NCBI GenBank assembly: GCA_002269645.1
Contig: NIVC01001253.1
Coordinates: 62,001 to 126,000 of the forward strand
Length of the DNA: 64,000 nucleotides
Direction of reading: 5' to 3'
Origin: Macrostomum lignano
Taxonomy: Eukaryota
In this document: positions 58,688-64,000 of the stretch, one piece after another
How the letters are laid out: each line of letters opens with the position of its first letter
Numbering within the stretch: the first letter of the stretch is position 1
Notes under the pieces: generated by a model
Database searches by the model: none
Told to the model about the DNA's origin: nothing
The model's input: the letters and a program-made list of their open reading frames with translations, nothing else
Translations under genes and position numbers: made by a program

Positions 58688-59752
58688 CTGAAATTCGAGA
58701 GAGCATGTTCTGGATTTCGAATGCTTTTCAAGCTGCCTTATGTAACCACAATGCAATCAACCGGCTAGGGAGCAAATTTTCGTACAGCAACATTTTAAAA
58801 TTTCGCCTACTTTGAGTATTTAATTGACGAAAAAGATTTGAACAGATATTGAGTCATCGCTTATATTTTGAGGCTAAATTAAAGACTATAGGTCTTAAGG
58901 GCGGGGCAAAACGAAAATTGCTTTGACAAAATTACAGCTGTGCCAGTCTCTCCCTCCCTGCCGTGAGCTCACGGAAGCTGCCTTGCTCGAAGACTCAAAT
59001 GGGGAGGTGCGGCGGCGGCATTTCAGAAATCGCATTTAAGTCGACTTCGACTTGTTAGGCCTTGGAGCTACTCAGAAGTGTCTCAGAATGCCAGTGACTA
59101 TAGGACTCGAACGGGGGCACTTGCAGCTCGACTCTCTAAGCTCCTTTCTCTAAGCTCAGGCCCGCCTCATCCCAACTCGTCCGCTCCAATCTCAATTAGT
59201 GCTTCTGACGAGGCTCTCTTAATGAGCCGCCCGGTTCGGACAAGGGGAGGGAGGGAGGCGGACCCCCCTCTACTGAGGCTTGAGGATTTCTCTCTCCTCT
59301 TTCTCTCTCTCCCTCAACTCGCATAACAATTCTGGATTCCTTCTAAAACTTCTAATTCTGTTCCTCTTCGCTCGCGCCTCTACATCTGTCGCCAAGTGTA
59401 TCGGAGCAAGGCATGCAAAATACTATAAGAAGATGGCAAAAGTCTAAAAACAAACAATTTAATCCCCATTGTGCTAGACGTCTGGATAGATCCCTAAAGA
59501 AAGATGACTATTATAGTTTCTCAATTTCAATGACGCTTGTCTTAAACAAAAGATCTGGAAACAGCTGCAATAAAAGTACTTTATTTATTAGAAAAATATT
59601 CGGCATCAAACCCTAACCAGAAATTTCTATCCAGATAGTCTCTTTGAAAAGTCCATGAAATGACAGTAAAGTATTGTGCGAATCTACACCTCGGGCTGTC
59701 GGATTAAAAACGAGATCGAAGTGACACGAGGACTTAAAAAGGGGACTTAAAT

Positions 59753-60228
59753 AGCCTCCCAGATCCTCAATTGCTGGACCAGCCTCCCAGATCCTCAGTT
59801 TCTGGGCCAGCCTCCCAGATCCTCAGTTGCTGGGCCAGCCTCCCAGATCCTCAGTTGCTGAGCCAGCCTCCCAGATCCTCAGATGCTGGGCCAGCCTCCC
59901 AGATCCTCAGTTGCTGGGCCAGCCTCCCAGATCCTCAGTTGCTGAGCCAGCCTCCCAGATCCTCAGATGCTGGGCCAGCCTCCCAGATCCTCAGTTGCTG
60001 GGCCAGCCTCCCAGATCCTCAGTTTCTGGGCCAGCCTCCCAGATCCTCAGTTGCTGAGCCAGCCTCCCAGATCCTCAGTTGCTGGGCCAGCCTCCCAGAT
60101 CCTCAGTTGCTTGGCCACCAGCCTCCCAGATCCTCAGTTGCTGGGCCAGCCTCCCAGATCCTCAGATGCTGGGCCAGCCTCCCAGATCTTCAGTTGCTTG
60201 GCCACCAGCCGTTCAGATCCTCAGCTGT
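59753..60228 (-). repeat. 28-bp minisatellite, array 2 (reverse orientation)
   Basis: CCAGCCTCCCAGATCCTCAGT units = reverse complement of arrays 1 and 3. Confidence 0.95.
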
Positions 60229-60737
60229 GACAGATTATCACGAAGCCAAACCACTAACCCGGATCACTAGCAAAACATAAACAACAGTGCAAATACCTGC
60301 CGCTACCGTGCACTGATGCTATGGTGAATCGAAGCAAATCCAGAAGTTTATAAGAGTGGCTGTGTCCTAAAAAGTGTGCGCAATAGAAAAAAGTTAGGAC
60401 CCGAAAAGATTCAATGCTGTCGGGCGACCTCATGGCTCTGTTTATTTTCTTTAGATAGGAAAAGGGGGAGGGACTTAAGGAGGGAGGGAGGTGCATTCCC
60501 TCGGGACGGGACGGGGCGGTCATGGGGGGGGGAGGGGCTGCTTCCAGCTGGCGATGCGACAGGCGCGATGTTCGCCTAGAAAATGCAACTGACTTACTGA
60601 GCCCGTGTTAAGGAGAAGTGAAACTGTTTTGTCCTCTGTCACTGCTGTGTTAACAACTAGTTAATGACTGCAGTGCAGTGTTTGTGTAGCAAAGTATTTA
60701 ATTAGTGATCACTTTGATTTTAGTGTAAAGGCTGGTA

Positions 60738-62910
60738 CGGCAACTGAGGATCCGGGAGGCTGGCCGAAAGACTGAGGATCTGGGAGGCTGGCCCAGCATC
60801 TGAGGATCTGGGAGGCTGGCTCAGAGACTGAGGATCTGGGAGGCTGGCCCAGCATCTGAGGATCTGGGAGGCTGGCTCAGAGACTGAGGATCTGGGAGGC
60901 TGGCCCAGCATTTGAGGATCTGGGAGGCTGGCTCAGAGACTGAGGATCTGAGGGGCTCGCCCAGAGACTGAGGATCTGGGAGGCTGGCCCAGAGACTGAG
61001 GATCTGGGAGGCTGGCCCAGAGACTGAGGATCTGGGAGGCTGGCCCAGAGACTGAGGATCTGGGAGGCTGGCCCAGAGACTGAGGATTTGGGAGGCTGGC
61101 CCAGCAAATGAGGATCTGGGAGACTGGCCCAAAGATTGAGGATCTGGGAGGCTGGCCAAGCAACTGAGGATCTGGGAGGCTGGCTCAGAGACGGAGAATC
61201 TGGGAGGCTGGCTCAGCAACTGAGGATCTGGGAGGCTGGCTCAGAGACTGAGGATCTGGGAGGCTGGCCCAAAGACTGAGGATCTGGGAGGCTGGCCCAA
61301 AGACTGAGGATTTGGGAGGCTGGCCCAGCAAATGAGGATCTGGGAGACTGGCCCAAAGATTGAGGATCTGGGAGGCTGGCCCAAAGACTGAGGATTTGGG
61401 GGGCTGGCCTAGCAACTGAGGATCTGGGAGGCTGGCCCAACAAATGAGGATCTGGGAGGCTGGCCCAGAGACTGAGGATCTGGGAGGCTGGCCCAGCAAC
61501 TGAGGATCTGGGAGGCTGGCCCAGAGACTGAGGATCTGGGAGGCCCAGCAACTGAGGATCTGGGAGGCTGGCCCAGCAACTGAGGATCTGAGAGGCTCGT
61601 GGCCCAGCAACTGAGGATCTGGGAGGCTGGCTCAGCAACTGAGGATCTGGAGGCTGGCCCAGCAACTGAGGATCTGGGAGGCTGGCCCAGAGACTGAAGA
61701 TCTGGGAGGCTGGCCCAGCAACTGAGGATCTGGGGGCTGGCGCAGAGACTGAGGATCTGAGGGGCTCGCCCAGAGACTGAGGATCTGGGAGGCTGGCCCA
61801 GAGACTGAGGATCTGGGAGGCTGGCCCAGAGACTGAGGATCTGGGAGGCTGGCCCAGAGACTGAGGATCTGGGAGGCTGGCCCAGAGACTGAGGATCTGG
61901 GAGGCTGGCTCAGAGACTGAGGATCTGGGAGGCTGGCTCAGCAACTGAGGATCTGGGAGGCTGGTCAAGCAACTGAGGATCTGGGAGGCTGGCCAAGCAA
62001 CTGAGGATCTGGGAGGCTGGCTCAGAGACTGAGGATCTGGGAGGCTGGCTCAGCAACTGAGGATCTGGGAGGCTGGCTCAGAGACTGAGGATCTGGGAGG
62101 CTGGCCAAGCAACTGAGGATCTGGGAGGCTGGCCAAGCAACTGAGGATCTGGGAGGCTGGCCCAAAGACTGAGGATTTGGGAGGCTGGCCCAGCAAATGA
62201 GGATCTGGGAGACTGGCCCAAAGATTGAGGATCTGGGAGGCTGGCCCAAAGACTGAGGATTTGGGGGGCTGGCCTAGCAACTGAGGATCTGGGAGGCTGG
62301 CCCAACAAATGAGGATCTGGGAGGCTGGCCCAGAGACTGAGGATCTGGGAGGCTGGCCCAGAGACTGAGGATCTGGGAGGCTGGCCCAGAGACTGAGGAT
62401 CTGGGAGGCCCAGCAACTGAGGATCTGGGAGGCTGGCCCAGCAACTGAGGATCTGAGAGGCTCGTGGCCCAGCAACTGAGGATCTGGGAGGCTGGCTCAG
62501 CAACTGAGGATCTGGGAGGCTGGCCCAGCAACTGAGGATCTGGGAGGCTGGCCCAGAGACTGAAGATCTGGGAGGCTGGCCCAGCAACTGAGGATCTGGG
62601 GGGCTGGCGCAGAGACTGAGGATCTGGGAGTCTGGCCCAGCAACTGAGGATCTGGGGGGCTGGCCCAGAGACTGAGGATCTGGGAGGCTGGCCCAGCAAC
62701 TGAGGATCTTGGAGGCTGGCTCAGCAACTGAGGATCTGGGGGGCTGGCCCAGAGACTGAGGATCTGAGAGGCTGGCTCAGCAACTGAGGATCTGGGAGGC
62801 TGGCTCAGCAACTGAGGATCTGGGAGGCTGGCCCAGCAACTGAGGATCTGGGAGGCTGACTCAGCAACTGAGGATCTGGGAGGCTGGCCAGAGACTGAGG
62901 ATCTGAGAGG
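60738..62910 (+). repeat. 28-bp minisatellite, array 3
   Basis: Direct reading; internal higher-order duplication (~61185-61610 vs ~62050-62475). Confidence 0.95.
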
Positions 62911-64000
62911 CAAAGACCAATTTTCGTCTTGTTCCGTGAAATGTCCAATGCAGCCAAGCCGCTCAATTTTCAATTAAATCACCGCAACTTTAAAGAAAAT
63001 GACGTGGTTAGCCACAGAAACTCAGAAAGCAAAGTGGCAACCATTCTCATAACCAGCATTCAGTTTTAATGCAGATCAAACATTGTGGGAAAAAATCTAC
63101 TCGCATAAGCTGGGGGACACAGTTCTGGGTTCTTAGTTCCCCAGCTTTGCTTTGCAGAGTGAAAGCAAAGAGAGAAAGAGACGACTGGCAAGATCGTGAC
63201 TTTTGATCGATTAGAAGAAGATTCCATTTTCAATAGAGGGTTTATAAAAAAACTAAAGAATTGTAAGGATTAAAGCATATTGAACATTAACTATAAGCGG
63301 CTTTTAAAGAGGCCCCCCATACGCCACGTTCGCTTCTAATAAACGAATTACTTTGTTTAAACCGGGCTTCCGTCACGTTCCCACTCCCAGTCAATTGTTG
63401 TTGCAGCTGATGCGTTGGGGCTTGGGGGTGGCTGGGGATCTGGGAGCGTTCTGATCCCCCTTGGCAGTCGCTTATTTGCCTTGGTCTGTCTTGACAAACC
63501 GAGGGGAAACCAAGATTTGACGCTTCCTATAGCATTAGTGGAACCTACCCAACCTACGCATTTAGTGAATTATATCAGACGAGAGACATCAGAATTGCAT
63601 TGGTGAGGGGGGTGGATTTGCAGTTTTCGAATATAGCTATTTTTTCAAAAGAGAACGTGACTGAAGTTCGAGTTTTTTTCGCTAGGAAGCGTGGCGTTGG
63701 TTATCGGAGATTGAATATTTGACTTGCAAACACATGCTAGGAAATCTTAATGGTGCTATTAAATAGCGGCGATTTTAACTTTCAATTCCTCTTAACTATA
63801 TAGTTACTATAAATTTGTTGTAGAGAGAATACAAACTCTGGGAGACACCCAGACCGGTTAAATAGAGTGAACTATTCTGGGAGCGGTAAATGGAGGCGGA
63901 AATGTTTGAGAGAGGAGCGGAAATTAGGGGGCGAGAAAGTGGGGGCGGAAACGGATGAGAGTGGAGAGGAAAATGGGGGCGGAAACGGATGAGAGTGGAG

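Noticed and set aside
59200-59245. Hammerhead-like CTGACGAG-GCTC-loop-GAGCC
   Set aside because: The essential GAAA is replaced by GCCC and no stem III/UH cleavage triplet is present; not a functional ribozyme
58960-60366. Candidate further exons of the polyQ gene (~58975-59040 and ~60297-60366, minus strand)
   Set aside because: Splice-like sites exist, but their phases do not chain to the 58687 acceptor and the peptides have no support
48835-62910. CRISPR-like appearance of the 28- and 39-bp arrays with palindromic cores
   Set aside because: Head-to-tail repeats with no unique spacers, no cas genes, eukaryotic context

Overview
Repeat-rich eukaryotic (animal) genomic DNA with GT-AG introns, no operons and no CRISPR. 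Minisatellite-filled introns and the decayed RTE-type LINE pieces are reminiscent of a free-living flatworm such as Macrostomum (inference only). Genes: (1) a local duplication (~3.2-8.0 kb and ~15.2-18.9 kb) carries a single-exon Zn-knuckle/coiled-coil/NHL-propeller (TRIM-NHL-like) gene; one copy is intact (520 aa) and the other is split by an 838-bp hAT MITE; (2) a 3-exon ACOT/BAAT-family acyl-CoA thioesterase (460 aa) has both a mitochondrial-type leader and a PTS1, and a decayed paralog lacks the catalytic Ser and Asp; (3) a 4-exon TMEM220-like gene; (4) a 3-exon type-I membrane protein with two TSP1-like repeats; (5) a frameshifted secreted PAN-like + LamG/ConA-like gene plus two fragments of the same family; (6) the last two exons of a minus-strand polyQ gene. 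Mobile DNA: two RNase H-bearing LINE copies, a Penelope-like GIY-YIG fragment, two tRNA-derived SINEs, two solo LTRs, several MITEs with readable TIRs/TSDs (including a 48-bp element whose empty site is in the paralogous segment), and a 1.2-kb unclassified insertion with a 10-bp TSD. The right half is dominated by minisatellites (11-39-bp units, many 20-21 or 31 bp). All calls are by-eye; no database searches were run.
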